63,958 bases of DNA, filler included, from Vicugna vicugna (GCA_013265495.1; 82 parts of 79 records of this genome joined end to end with filler, not necessarily neighbours in it), one strand, 5' to 3'. Positions 50,467 to 63,709 are shown, counted from the whole stretch's first letter. The notes: generated by a model not told the origin, from the letters alone. A program made the numbers and translations.

Positions 50467-51245
50467 CACATGCTCACAACTCAGAAACCCATGTTTGTCG
50501 AATCCGTCATGGATGAAATATGTACACAGACCGGGATATCATGTTGATGGAATCTATTCAAATTTCATATCACTATGGTAGATTACGCTCTAATAATTTT
50601 TTCTGGGGTCAAATTGTGATTATTGAAATTGGTGATAGGAAATGCTATGAAGTCAAAAATTCAAAGTGCATAGGTAACTNNNNNNNNNNNNNNNNNNNNN
50701 NNNNNNNNNNNTTCACAACTCACAAATGCATGTTTGAGGAATCCGTGATGCATGAAACATGTTCAGAATACGGAATGCCATGGTTATGTAAACAATGTAA
50801 ATTACATGTGTATTGGTGAGAATTCGCTCAAAGTGTGTTTTCTTCTGCCAAATGTCCGATTTTAGAACCTGATGATAGGAAAAAAATATGAAGTCAGAGT
50901 AAATATTTCTAAGTGTGTATATGCCTTGTTTCGTGGATGAAAGATCAGTAATCCACATGCTCACAAGTCAGAAACGCATGTTTGGCGAATCCGTCATGTA
51001 TGTAGCATGTACAGAACCCGGAATGCCATGTTGAAGGAATTCATGTAAATGACATATCTGTTAGGTGGAAATCGCTCCAGAACAATTTTTCTGTGAAAAA
51101 TGCATGAATTTGAACTTGGTGTTAAGGAAAGCTTGTTAAAATGTGTACACGTGTCTAGAAGAAAATATTCCTTTTATAGTAGATGAAAGGTTGGTAGTAC
51201 AGATGAACTCAACTCAGGAATGTATGTTTGTCGAATCCGTCATAT
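50467..51245 (+). repeat. SatB satellite (about one full trimer)
   Basis: All three subunits, in the same order as at 37756. Confidence 0.92.
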
Positions 51246-51345
51246 NNNNNNNNNNNNNNNNNNNNNNNNNNNNNNNNNNNNNNNNNNNNTTAATTAATTA
51301 ANNNNNNNNNNNNNNNNNNNNNNNNNNNNNNNNNNNNNNNNNNNN

Positions 51346-52809
51346 GTTCTGCATTTCATGTTCTAAATTATTGGTTCTATATTCTCTATTTTCTATTCTC
51401 TATTCTAGGTTCTACATTCTATATTCTAAATTCTATATTCAGTATTCTGTTTTCTATATTCTAAATTCTGTGTTCTGCATTCCATGTTCTAAATTCTGGG
51501 TTCTATATTCTCTATACTCTATTCTATATTCTGTGTTCTACATTCTATATTATAAATTATATATTCAGTATTCTGTATTCTATATTCTAAATTCTGTGTT
51601 CTGCATTCCATGTTCTAAATTCTGGGTTCTATATTCTCTATACTCTATTCTATATTCTGTGTTCTACATTCTATATTATAAATTATATATTCAGTATTCT
51701 GTATTCTATATTCTAAATTCTGTGTTCTGCATTCCATGTTCTAAATTTTGGATTCTGTATTCTGTTTTCCATATTCTTTATTCTGTGTTCTACATTCAAT
51801 ATTCTGTATACCATATTCTGCATTCCGTGTTCTATATTCTATATTCCGTGTTATACGTTGTATATTCTAATTTCTGTATTCAGCATTGTGTTTTCCTTAT
51901 TATAAATTCTGTGTTCTGCATTCCATGTTCTAAATTTTGGATTCTGTATTCTGTTTTCCATATTCTTTATTCTGTGTTCTACATTCAATATTCTGTATAC
52001 CATATTCTGCATTCCGTGTTCTATATTCTATATTCCGTGTTATACGTTGTATATTCTAATTTCTGTATTCAGCATTGTGTTTTCCTTATTATAAATTCTG
52101 TGTTCTGCATTCTATGTTCTAAATTCAATATTCAGTATTCTGTATAATATATTCTAAATTTTGTGTTTTCCTTCCATGTTCTAAATTCTGGATTCTATAT
52201 TTTCTATTCTATATTTTGTATTCTNNNNNNNNNNNNNNNNNNNNNNNNNNNNNNNNNNNNNNNNNNNNNNNNNNNNNNNNNNNNNNNNNNNNNNNNNNNN
52301 NNNNNNNNNNNNNNNNNNNNNNNNNNNNNNNNNNNNNNNNNNNNNNNNNNNNNNNNNNNNNNNNNNNNNNNNNNNNNNNNNNNNNNNNNNNNNNNNNNNN
52401 NNNNNNNNNNNNNNNNNNNNNNNNNNNNNNNNNNNNNNNNNNNNNNNNNNNNNNNNNNNNNNNNNNNNNNNNNNNNNNNNNNNNNNNNNNNNNNNNNNNN
52501 NNNNNNNNNNNNNNNNNNNNNNNNNNNNNNNNNNNNNNNNNNNNNNNNNNNNNNNNNNNNNNNNNNNNNNNNNNNNNNNNNNNNNNNNNNNNNNNNNNNN
52601 NNNNNNNNNNNNNNNNNNNNNNNNNNNNNNNNNNNNNNNNNNNNNNNNNNNNNNNNNNNNNNNNNNNNNNNNNNNNNNNNNNNNNNNNNNNNNNNNNNNN
52701 NNNNNNNNNNNNNNNNNNNNNCTGCATTCCATGTTCTAAATTCCGAGTTCTGCATTGTGTTTTTCATATTCTATATTCTGTGTTCTACATCAATATTCTG
52801 TATACCATA
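51346..52809 (+). repeat. SatD heptamer satellite with 126- and 189-bp higher-order units
   Basis: ctgcatt anchors at 51475, 51601, 51727, 51916 and 52105 give spacings of 126, 126, 189 and 189. Confidence 0.95.
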
Positions 52810-52909
52810 NNNNNNNNNNNNNNNNNNNNNNNNNNNNNNNNNNNNNNNNNNNNTTAATTAATTAANNNNNNNNNNNNNNNNNNNNNNNNNNNNNNNNNNN
52901 NNNNNNNNN

Positions 52910-53398
52910 ACAGGGAACACCTGTGAGTGAAGAGAGCTGCGTGGTGTTGTCTCTTGAAATCCCCCAAGCAATGATAATGGTTCCGGAATCCTGAGCGTAG
53001 GGAGGTTCCACCAACTTTTGGCAGCGCGTGGGTTCTAACGGAAAGCCTAAGCTCATCTCCCCTGAGGGTCTTCCTAATGTCTCTGTCCCAGGGAATGTTA
53101 GGGGGGTTTGCAGGATATCCCAGTGACAGAGGCTTCTTCCCCAAGGTCAGGGAAGATATTTCTCGGACTTCCCCGAACAGGGAACACCTGTGACTNNNNN
53201 NNNNNNNNNNNNNNNNNNNNNNNNNNNNNAATGGTTCCGGAATCCTGAGCGTGGGGAATTTCCACCAACGGTCGGCAGCGCGTGGGTTCTAACGGAATGC
53301 CTAAGCTCGTCCCCCCTGAGGCTTTTCCTAATGTCTCTGTGCCAGGGATTGCGTGGGCGGTTTGCAGGATATCCCAGTGTCTGAGGCTGCCTCCCCAA
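52910..53398 (-). repeat. SatA 267-bp satellite
   Basis: Reverse-complement SatA. Confidence 0.92.
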
Positions 53399-53498
53399 NN
53401 NNNNNNNNNNNNNNNNNNNNNNNNNNNNNNNNNNNNNNNNNNTTAATTAATTAANNNNNNNNNNNNNNNNNNNNNNNNNNNNNNNNNNNNNNNNNNNN

Positions 53499-54334
53499 TT
53501 GGAGCCAATTCTATCCTAGAGATATGTAATTTCAATAGATTCCTTCTACATGAAATTCCGTGTTCCGAACATGCTACATACATGAAGGATTTGACAAACA
53601 TGCATTCCTGAGTTGAGAGCATGTGGATTACTAATCTTTCATCCTCTATAAAAGGAATATTTTCATCAAGACACGTGTACACATTTTCACAATCTTTCCC
53701 TAANNNNNNNNNNNNNNNNNNNNNNNNNNNNNNNNNNNNNNNNNNNNNNNNNNNNNNNNNNNNNNNNNNNNNNNNNNNNNNNNNNNNNNNNNNNNNNNNN
53801 NNNNNNNNNNNNNNNNNNNNNNNNNNNNNNNNNNNNNNNNNNNNNNNNNNNNNNNNNNNNNNNNNNNNNNNNNNNNNNNNNNNNNNNNNNNNNNNNNNNN
53901 NNNNNNNNNNNNNNNNNNNNNNNNNNNNNNNNNNNNNNNNNNNNNNNNNNNNNNNNNNNNNNNNNNNNNNNNNNNNNNNNNNNNNNNNNNNNNNNNNNNN
54001 NNNNNNNNNNNNNNNNNNNNNNNNNNNNNNNNNNNNTGTTTACATAACCATGGCATTCCGTATTACGAGCTTGTTTTATGCATCACGGATTCCTCAAACA
54101 TGCATTTCTGAGTGGTGAACATGCGCATGACTGATTTTTCAAACACCAAACAAGTTACCTATGCACTATGATATATTAATATTGACTTCGTAGCTTCTGC
54201 CTATCACCAGTTTCAAGAATCACACTTTGATCCCAGAAAAACCCTCTTGGAGCCAATTCTACCCAAGACATATGTAATTTGAATAGATTCCATTTACATG
54301 TTATTCCGTGTTACTTACATGCTACATACATGAC
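53499..54334 (-). repeat. SatB satellite (gapped)
   Basis: Matches the 5914 and 41767 contigs. Confidence 0.9.
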
Positions 54335-54434
54335 NNNNNNNNNNNNNNNNNNNNNNNNNNNNNNNNNNNNNNNNNNNNTTAATTAATTAANNNNNNNNNN
54401 NNNNNNNNNNNNNNNNNNNNNNNNNNNNNNNNNN

Positions 54435-54718
54435 CTTAAGTATACATCAGTAAGTATAGTACAGTAAGCCCAACACCCAAATTAAGGAATTCACAAACTT
54501 TCCATATTTCCTTTATTGAGACCTTTGTTCTTTTATTTGTCCTTTGTTGAAGTATTTGACAGCAAATCCAAGAAGACATGTCAGTTTACCCTATGTACTC
54601 AAGTAGGCATGTCTGAAATATGAGGGCCTTTTCTTTGATCAGGTTTTTCCATTTGACCCATGTGCTCATTAAGTCCCAGCTGTATCAGGAATCTCACTAG
54701 GCATTAGGGATCCTTGGG
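54435..54718 (+). repeat. Low-copy duplicated segment, copy 2
   Basis: Paralog of 46446-46748. Confidence 0.9.
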
Positions 54719-55200
54719 GCAATGAGACAGTCCTGGCTCCCAAGGAAGTTAAGGGCTGATGGAAGAAACCAAGACAGGAGATTGGGTGCTTCAATTAAGG
54801 TCCCTGCTGGATGACACCAAATGGAGAAAATTTGTGCACAATACAGTAGGATTCACAGAAGGGACTGTTCAGATTTGTAGGGCAGGCCGTGAGAGAGGCA
54901 GTCAGCAGGGCTACAAGAGGAGGAATCATTTGATCATTTGATCAGACTCTGAAATCCTTTCTGCCAACCTTTCTACCAAGCCCCCACCCCCCATCACAAA
55001 CCACCCTGTGCTGTAACTGTTTTTGATTCCAGTTACCACATTTCCTTCAGGAAGAATTTTAAGGTCGAAAATATTTAAAATCCGTAATTGTTGCCAGAAG
55101 NNNNNNNNNNNNNNNNNNNNNNNNNNNNNNNNNNNNNNNNNNNNTTAATTAATTAANNNNNNNNNNNNNNNNNNNNNNNNNNNNNNNNNNNNNNNNNNNN

Positions 55201-55543
55201 ATTAGAACCCCCCGCCCCATTCTCCTATCTCATCATCCTTAGCATTCAAGGTTTCTCCAACTCCGGCACCCCCCCCAGGTGATGTCTGCTCATCCTGGCC
55301 TGCCTTCGGTAAGAATCCTGTTAGGTAGGTGTAGCCAGAATCCTCCTTTCCTCTACAGATTTACTCAGTTACTTTCCATCCATCAATCCCCACCCTGCTC
55401 GTTGGCTAAGGATTCCTACTTGTCCATGCTATACTCAAAATTGAGCCTGGTTCTACACTGAGACCTCTTTTCCTCTATTACAATAATCCTGAATAAATCT
55501 GTTAATCACTAACTATTTCCAGCTCTGGTTTTCCTTTAGCAAC
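55201..55543 (+). mobile_element. ERV1-type LTR 3' portion
   Basis: cctggcctgccttc...aagaatcctgttagg...agccagaatcc, AATAAA at ~55492, and a probable ...aaca terminus. Confidence 0.6.
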
Positions 55544-56284
55544 AACCAGACAGAGATTAGAGGGTTCCTGAAGCTTGTATAATTTACATGCTTTATATGC
55601 TCCAATTTAGATACCACTTCCTATGTGGCTGTTCTAATCTCAGTCTTTCTCTTTTCCAATANNNNNNNNNNNNNNNNNNNNNNNNNNNNNNNNNNNNNNN
55701 NNNNNTTAATTAATTAANNNNNNNNNNNNNNNNNNNNNNNNNNNNNNNNNNNNNNNNNNNNACTCAGCAGAGCGCCATGTTCGGGAGAACCCCCGTCGAA
55801 ACACTGTGGGCTGCCTGCCCTCCCGCACTCTCTGTTGAACCCTAATGTCCTCTGTGGAGACCAGGCCAACAGAAATGCTCCAACAGCTGCAAACTCTCAC
55901 ATATTAAATAAAAGAATATTATTTTATAATATATGTTAGCTTTATACCCATTTCTGAAAACAGCTTTGCCAGAAGCCCAAATTTTCAACATTAATCTGCA
56001 AAGTCAAATCCGGTCCCCAAGGGAAAACATGTCTTATGACGAAACGAAGGCCTCCAAAGTCCTCACCACGACCGTCAACAAAACTGACTGCAGGTCTGCA
56101 GCTGCAGGCGGTTACATGTCTATTTTTAAAGCACCCCCCTCCTGCCCTCGGGTGCTACAATGTCCCTCTACGCCCTCCCATCTCAGGGTAAGAGCAGCCG
56201 CAGCAGAACCTTGCAGGGAAGCACTGGCAGGACTGGACAAAAGGATCAGAGCTAAACTAAGCCTTCTGATGACACGAGCTTGTC

Positions 56285-56385
56285 ACTCTGTCACTTTACA
56301 GATGAAGATATATATAGAGAGAGGTGGGGTGATATTGCTCAAACTCACACAGCTAATAAGTGGCAAAGTCTATAACTCTGCTCTT
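56285..56385 (-). mobile_element. MIR remnant
   Basis: cactttacagatgaag...ttgctcaaactcacacagctaataagtggcaaag. Confidence 0.6.
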
Positions 56386-57099
56386 CCCTCCGGCGTGAAG
56401 CCCCGGCTGGGAGGCCCACAGGTTTCTCTCATGCCTGCCTGAACTCATAACCCACCACAGGGTCTGACCCTAGCCTGACTTTTCGGCACCTCTTCCCTCC
56501 ATTCTGGAAGGAACAAGGCTGCTCAGGCGACTGTATGACTTCTGGCTTTCCAAAACCTCCATGCTCAGGCTGGTCTTGCCTGTGCATCCGGCCCNNNNNN
56601 NNNNNNNNNNNNNNNNNNNNNNNNNNNNNNNNNNNNNNTTAATTAATTAANNNNNNNNNNNNNNNNNNNNNNNNNNNNNNNNNNNNNNNNNNNNTTATTC
56701 AGGTTCAGCTTCAGAAAAATGTGTGATGTTGAAGTATCTATGAGGATTCGTTCAGCAAATGATATTTGAGCACCAACATTGAAGGGTTCAGTAATCATAG
56801 AAAAAGAGCCTATGTCTTAGGTCAGGTTTGAATCGGAGGGGCTCTAAAGTGAGGCATTTGCAGCCAAGAATCTGAAATTCAAAATTCAAAATCGCTCAGT
56901 TCCGTGCAGCACTGCACCTTTGGGCTGGCTGTCCCCAAACCATGCCCTTGGGCCATCTCGCTCATCCTTCCACCTTTCTTATTATGAGAATAATTTTATA
57001 ATCATTTATCAATTATCTGAGAAATGGCTCTCGTGATATAATTCATGGGACTCCAACTGGTAAGACCTGTTCCTAAAAAAATATTTTTTCCCATTTTTA

Positions 57100-57227
57100 T
57101 TTTATTTCTTTGCCTTCATTTTTGTTTATTGAGTTATAGTCAGTTTTAATGTTGTGCCAATTTTTGGTATAAAGCACAATTCTTGTCATACATGAATATA
57201 CATATATTCATTTTCATATTCTTTTTA
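57100..57227 (-). mobile_element. LINE-1 extreme 3' end
   Basis: tttattgagttatagtcagttttaatgttgtgcc...catgaatatacatatattc, as at 9355. Confidence 0.8.
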
Positions 57228-57327
57228 NNNNNNNNNNNNNNNNNNNNNNNNNNNNNNNNNNNNNNNNNNNNTTAATTAATTAANNNNNNNNNNNNNNNNN
57301 NNNNNNNNNNNNNNNNNNNNNNNNNNN

Positions 57328-58202
57328 GAAATGATGTAGTTTAAACACCTTCACTGACCAAAGTGAGGCACTTGCTATTACTTGGCTTTAGAGGCCTACA
57401 CCACCTTCGCTCAAAGCCCGTCCTAAGAGAACACTCCTGTAAGTCAAGCGAAGGAATTCCACAAGATACCTGGTGCTGCTGTTAGTTGGAGGATCCTCCC
57501 CACACTCAGGAAACCAGAACAATTTTTCGCTCGTGTGCTGGACCTGTGTAAACAGAGTCCACTCATTTTACTTTGGGCACAGGTATTCCTAGGTTGGAGG
57601 ATGTCGGTTAAACACCTCCACATACTATGGATAGGCAATCGCTAATACTTGGTTTTAGAGCCCAAATTCCAATTTCCCCCGCATTCCTGGCAGGGTAAGC
57701 CATCAGGGAACACAAGCAAAGCGATTGTATTGATCTCAGGAGCTTCTGTCTCATGGAGGAACTTCCCAAAACTCAGGACTCCGGAGACACTCATGTGTGT
57801 TTAGGAGTTTTGCAGCCCCAATCCACGCAGATGAATGCTGACAAAGGTGTTCCCTTGTAGGGCAGATCCCTAAGAACTTCCTCAGTCAATCGGCTGGCAG
57901 AAGCTGCTACTTGGCCTCCAAGTTCAACTCCCAGCTTTCGCTCGCAGCTCTGCCTAGGGAAACACTCAGGGAATACAAGCTGTGTTATTCTATTAAACCT
58001 CAGGCACGGCTGTCAATTGGAGGAACCCTCAAACATTCAGGATTCCCGATCCCATCCTTGTGTGTGGGGTAGTTGTGGAGACCCAGGCCACGCAGTTGAA
58101 TGGGGACACAGGTGTTTCAATTTAGGGTGAAAAACCTCTAAGTACATCCTCAGTAATTCGGGGGGCACTCGTTGCTACCTGGACTTCAAGCCCAACCCCC
58201 CT
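57328..58202 (+). repeat. SatA' diverged satellite (about three monomers)
   Basis: gttggaggatcctccccacactcagga, gctaatacttggttttagagccc, actcagggaatacaagc. Confidence 0.8.
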
Positions 58203-58302
58203 NNNNNNNNNNNNNNNNNNNNNNNNNNNNNNNNNNNNNNNNNNNNTTAATTAATTAANNNNNNNNNNNNNNNNNNNNNNNNNNNNNNNNNNNNNNNNNN
58301 NN

Positions 58303-59029
58303 GGGGAGGTTCCACCAACGGTCGGCAGCACGTGGGTTTTAACGAAAAGCCTAAGCTTGACTCCAATGAGTGTTTTCCTAATATCTCTGTGCCAGGGAAT
58401 GCAAGGGGGGATTGCAGGATATCCCAGTGACAGAGGCTGACTCCCCAAAGTCAGGGAAGTTATTTCTCGGACTTCCCCGTACAGGGAACACCTGTGACTG
58501 AAGAGAGCTACNNNNNNNNNNNNNNNNNNNNNNNNNNNNNNNNNNNNNNNNNNNNNNNNNNNNNNNNNNNNNNNNNNNNNNNNNNNNNNNNNNNNNNNNN
58601 NNNNNNNNNNNNNNNNNNNNNNNNNNNNNNNNNNNNNNNNNNNNNNNNNNNNNNNNNNNNNNNNNNNNNNNNNNNNNNNNNNNNNNNNNNNNNNNNNNNN
58701 NNNNNNNNNNNNNNNNNNNNNNNNNNNNNNNNNNNNNNNNNNNNNNNNNNNNNNNNNNNNNNNNNNNNNNNNNNNNNNNNNNNNNNNNNNNNNNNNNNNN
58801 NNNNNNNNNNNNNNNNNNNNNNNNNNNNNNNNNNNNNNNNNNNNNNNNNNNNNNNNNNNNNNNNNNNNNNNNNNNNNNNNNNNNNNNNNNNNNNNNNNNN
58901 NNNNNNNNNNNNNNNNNNNNNNNNNNNNNNNNNNNNNNNNNNNNNNNNNNNNNNNNNNNNNNNNNNNNNNNNNNNNTTAGGGATGGTTTTTCTTGGACTT
59001 CCCCGAACAGGGAACACATGTGACTGAAG
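58303..59029 (-). repeat. SatA 267-bp satellite (gapped)
   Basis: Reverse-complement SatA. Confidence 0.92.
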
Positions 59030-59129
59030 NNNNNNNNNNNNNNNNNNNNNNNNNNNNNNNNNNNNNNNNNNNNTTAATTAATTAANNNNNNNNNNNNNNN
59101 NNNNNNNNNNNNNNNNNNNNNNNNNNNNN

Positions 59130-59610
59130 GGTTTGGCAGGATATCCCAGTGGCATAGGCTGCCTCCCCAGGGTCTGGGAAGGTATTTCTCAGACTTCCCC
59201 GACCAGGGAACACCGGTGACTGAAGAGAGCTGCGTGGAGTTGTCTCTCGAGCTCCCCCACGCACTGACAATGGTTCCGGAATCCTGAGCGTGGGGAGGTT
59301 CCACCAACGGTCGGCAGCAAGNNNNNNNNNNNNNNNNNNNNNNNNNNNNNNNNNNNNNNNNTGTCTCTGTGCCAGGGAATGCTAGGGGGGTTTGCAGAAT
59401 ATCCCAGAGACAGAGGCTGCCGCCCCAAGGTCAGGGAAGGTATTTCACGGACTTCCCTGAACAGGGAACACCGGTGAGTGAAGAGAGCTGCGTGGAGATT
59501 TCTCTCGAGCTCCCCCACGCAGTGAAAATGGTTCCGAAATCCTGAGCTTGGGGAGGATCCTCCATCGGTCGGCAGAGGGTGGGTTCTAACGGAAAGCCTA
59601 AGCTCGTCTC
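59130..59610 (-). repeat. SatA 267-bp satellite
   Basis: Reverse-complement SatA. Confidence 0.92.
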
Positions 59611-60460
59611 NNNNNNNNNNNNNNNNNNNNNNNNNNNNNNNNNNNNNNNNNNNNTTAATTAATTAANNNNNNNNNNNNNNNNNNNNNNNNNNNNNNNNNN
59701 NNNNNNNNNNACAGCATGATGTCACAGCGGTGCTCCAGCCCTCACAACCACCCACGCCTTATATCATGGTCTGAACCACGTGTCAGGCACCCAGGCACGG
59801 GGTTCAGCACCGGGACGAGGAGTCCCCTCAGCTGGGGTGAAAACCAGTGAGCTTGCAGGGGCGCTGTAAGACGCGGAGCCACTGCTCTTGAAGAGNNNNN
59901 NNNNNNNNNNNNNNNNNNNNNNNNNNNNNNNNNNNNNNNNNNNNNNNNNNNNNNNNNNNNNNNNNNNNNNNNNNNNNNNNNNNNNNNNNNNNNNNNNNNN
60001 NNNNNNNNNNNNNNNNNNNNNNNNNNNNNNNNNNNNNNNNNNNNNNNNNNNNNNNNNNNNNNNNNNNNNNNNNNNNNNNNNNNNNNNNNNNNNNNNNNNN
60101 NNNNNNNNNNNNNNNNNNNNNNNNNNNNNNNNNNNNNNNNNNNNNNNNNNNNNNNNNNNNNNNNNNNNNNNNNNNNNNNNNNNNCAGCAGGCCAGCTAGA
60201 GTGTCCCTGCACACCCTCTGCAGGGAACAGCACCAGCACCAGGGAAGGGCCTCTCACCCCCAGAACTCACTTTCCTGTGCACACCTGACGGGCAGTGGGA
60301 CCGGCTCAGTGGTACGGCTGCAATCTCTCTGGCCCCGACCCACCCTCTAGCCAACGTCTGNNNNNNNNNNNNNNNNNNNNNNNNNNNNNNNNNNNNNNNN
60401 NNNNTTAATTAATTAANNNNNNNNNNNNNNNNNNNNNNNNNNNNNNNNNNNNNNNNNNNN

Positions 60461-60883
60461 TATAGAATAGAGAATATGGAACCCAGAATTTAGAACATGG
60501 AATGCGGAAGAAAGAATTCAGATTATTGAATGTAGAACACAGAGTTTAAAATATAGAATACCGAATGCAGAGTATAGAATTTAGAATATAGAATGAGGAA
60601 CACAGAATTTTGAACATAGAATACAGAATATAGAACACAGAATATAGAAAAAGGAATGCAGAACTGAGGATTTAAGGTATAGAATACAGAATACTGAATA
60701 TATGAATATACAATTTAGAATATAGAATGCAGTACACAGAATATCGAATATAGAATAGAGAATATAGAACGCAGTATTTAGAACATTGAAAGAAGAACAC
60801 AGATTTTGGAATATAGAATAAAGAGTACTGAATATAGTACCTAGAATATAGAATGTATATCACAGAAATTATAATATAGAATA
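60461..60883 (-). repeat. SatD heptamer satellite
   Basis: (AGAATAT)n variants. Confidence 0.92.
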
Positions 60884-60983
60884 NNNNNNNNNNNNNNNNN
60901 NNNNNNNNNNNNNNNNNNNNNNNNNNNTTAATTAATTAANNNNNNNNNNNNNNNNNNNNNNNNNNNNNNNNNNNNNNNNNNNN

Positions 60984-62567
60984 TCCATGTTCTAAATTCT
61001 GGGTTCTATATTCTATAATCTATATTCTTTTTTCTGTGTTCTACAGTCTATATTCTAAATTCTATATTCAGTATTCTGTTTTCTATATTCTAAATTCTTT
61101 GTTCTGGATTCCATGTTCTAAATTCTGGGTTCTGTATACTCTATTATATATCCTGTTTTCTGCATTCTATATTCAAAATCCTACATTCAGTATTTTGTAT
61201 TTATATACGAAATTCTGTGTTCTGCATTCCATGTTCTGAATTCTGGCTTCTATATACTCTATTATATATTCTATGTTTTGTATACTTCATTCTATAGTCT
61301 AAAATCTATATTTTGCTTTCCGTATTCTATATTCTATATTCTGTTTTCTACATTCTATATTCTAAATTCTATATTCAGTAATCTCTATACTATATTCTAA
61401 ATTATGTGTTCTGCTTTCCATGTTCTAATTTCTGGTTTCTATATTCTGTTTTCCATATTTTATATTCTGTGTTCTAAATTCTATTTTCTGTCTTCAATTT
61501 TCTGCATTCCGTATTCTAAATTATATATTCTGTGTTCTAAATTCTATATTCTAAATTCTATATTCAGTATTCTGTATTCTATATTNNNNNNNNNNNNNNN
61601 NNNNNNNNNNNNNNNNNNNNNNNNNNNNNNNNNNNNNNNNNNNNNNNNNNNNNNNNNNNNNNNNNNNNNNNNNNNNNNNNNNNNNNNNNNNNNNNNNNNN
61701 NNNNNNNNNNNNNNNNNNNNNNNNNNNNNNNNNNNNNNNNNNNNNNNNNNNNNNNNNNNNNNNNNNNNNNNNNNNNNNNNNNNNNNNNNNNNNNNNNNNN
61801 NNNNNNNNNNNNNNNNNNNNNNNNNNNNNNNNNNNNNNNNNNNNNNNNNNNNNNNNNNNNNNNNNNNNNNNNNNNNNNNNNNNNNNNNNNNNNNNNNNNN
61901 NNNNNNNNNNNNNNNNNNNNNNNNNNNNNNNNNNNNNNNNNNNNNNNNNNNNNNNNNNNNNNNNNNNNNNNNNNNNNNNNNNNNNNNNNNNNNNNNNNNN
62001 NNNNNNNNNNNNNNNNNNNNNNNNNNNNNNNNNNNNNNNNNNNNNNNNNNNNNNNNNNNNNNNNNNNNNNNNNNNNNNNNNNNNNNNNNNNNNNNNNNNN
62101 NNNNNNNNNNNNNNNNNNNNNNNNNNNNNNNNNNNNNNNNNNNNNNNNNNNNNNNNNNNNNNNNNNNNNNNNNNNNNNNNNNNNNNNNNNNNNNNNNNNN
62201 NNNNNNNNNNNNNNNNNNNNNNNNNNNNNNNNNNNNNNNNNNNNNNNNNNNNNNNNNNNNNNNNNNNNNNNNNNNNNNNNNNNNNNNNNNNNNNNNNNNN
62301 NNNNNNNNNNNNNNNNNNNNNNNNNNNNNNNNNNNNNNNNNNNNNNNNNNNNNNNNNNNNNNNNNNNCTATATTCTAAACTCTATATTCAGTATTCTTTA
62401 TTGTATATTCTAAATTCTGTGTTCTACATTCTATATTCTAAATTGTATATTCAGTATTCTGTATTCTATATTCGAAATTGTGAGTTCTGATTTCCATCTT
62501 CCAAAATCTGGCTTCAATATAGTTTAAGCTATATTTTTTATTCTGTTTTCTACATTCTATTTTCTAA
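60984..62567 (+). repeat. SatD heptamer satellite (gapped)
   Basis: TATTCTA-type units. Confidence 0.92.
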
Positions 62568-62667
62568 NNNNNNNNNNNNNNNNNNNNNNNNNNNNNNNNN
62601 NNNNNNNNNNNTTAATTAATTAANNNNNNNNNNNNNNNNNNNNNNNNNNNNNNNNNNNNNNNNNNNN

Positions 62668-63189
62668 AAATGTGCGATTATTCGTGTGTTTGCTGGAGGT
62701 CTGGAAACAGACACCACGGATCTATATGCGTGCACAAGTGTTCCCAGTTTAGGGATGAAGTTTAAAAACCTCCACTAACCATAGAGAGGTACTCGCAAAT
62801 ACTTGGTTTGGATCCCAAACCACACTTTCCCCCGCACTCCCGCCTAGGCATACCATCAGGGAAGACAAGCAAAGGGATTCAGTTAGAACCCAGGCGCATG
62901 TTGTCAGTTGGAGGAAATTCCCTGCACTCAGGATTCCGGAACACATTCTTGTGTGGAGGGGAGGTGTGCAGCCCCACTCCACCCAGATGAATGGGGGCAA
63001 ATGTGTTCCCTTTAGGGAGAAGTCGTCTAAGTACTTCCTCAGTTGATCAAGGGGCACACACAGATACTTGGCCCCCAAGCCCAACCACCAGCTTTCCCTC
63101 ACATCCCAGACCAGGGAAACATTCATATTACAAGCTAAGGGATGCTATTACAACCCAGTCGCTGCTGTCATTTTGAGGTGCCCCCCCCA
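62668..63189 (+). repeat. SatA' diverged satellite
   Basis: Reverse complement of the 39509 monomer order. Confidence 0.88.
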
Positions 63190-63289
63190 NNNNNNNNNNN
63201 NNNNNNNNNNNNNNNNNNNNNNNNNNNNNNNNNTTAATTAATTAANNNNNNNNNNNNNNNNNNNNNNNNNNNNNNNNNNNNNNNNNNNN

Positions 63290-63608
63290 AGGAAAACCCT
63301 CAGGGGGATGAGCTTAGGCTTTCCGTTAGAACCCTTCGCTGCCTACCGATGGTGGAACCTCCCCACGCTCAGGATTCCCGAACCATTGTCAGTGCGTGGG
63401 GGAGCTCGAGAGACAACTCCACGCAGCTCTCTTCAGTCACAAGTGTTCCCTGTTTGGGGAAGTCCGAGAGGTAACTTCCCTGACCTTGGGGTGGCAGCGT
63501 TTGTCACTGGGATATCCTGCAAACCTCCCTAGCATTCTCTGGCACAGAGACATTTGGAAAAAACTCAGGGGAGATGAGCTTTGGCTTTCTGTTAGAACCC
63601 ACGCGCTG
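63290..63608 (+). repeat. SatA 267-bp satellite
   Basis: Canonical SatA monomer. Confidence 0.92.
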
Positions 63609-63709
63609 NNNNNNNNNNNNNNNNNNNNNNNNNNNNNNNNNNNNNNNNNNNNTTAATTAATTAANNNNNNNNNNNNNNNNNNNNNNNNNNNNNNNNNNNN
63701 NNNNNNNNA

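Noticed and set aside
51371..52147. 258-aa Y/S/I/L/F/C-rich ORF, and similar ORFs at 5340, 30243, 43982, 46793 and 61404
   Set aside because: These are translations of the heptamer satellite; the 42- and 63-aa repeats mirror the 126- and 189-bp DNA units.
55933..56442. 169-aa ORF, and the 192-aa ORF at 32675-33253
   Set aside because: No recognisable domain; both run through MIR or MLT1 remnants.
59723..59752. Possible RSS CACAGCG-14-ACAACCACC
   Set aside because: The spacer is 14 bp rather than 12 or 23, both motifs are imperfect, and no V/D/J coding sequence is visible.
538..63664. TTAATTAATTAA as a CRISPR-like or regularly interspaced repeat
   Set aside because: It is always centred in N44/N44 padding, has no cas genes nearby, and is an assembly linker.
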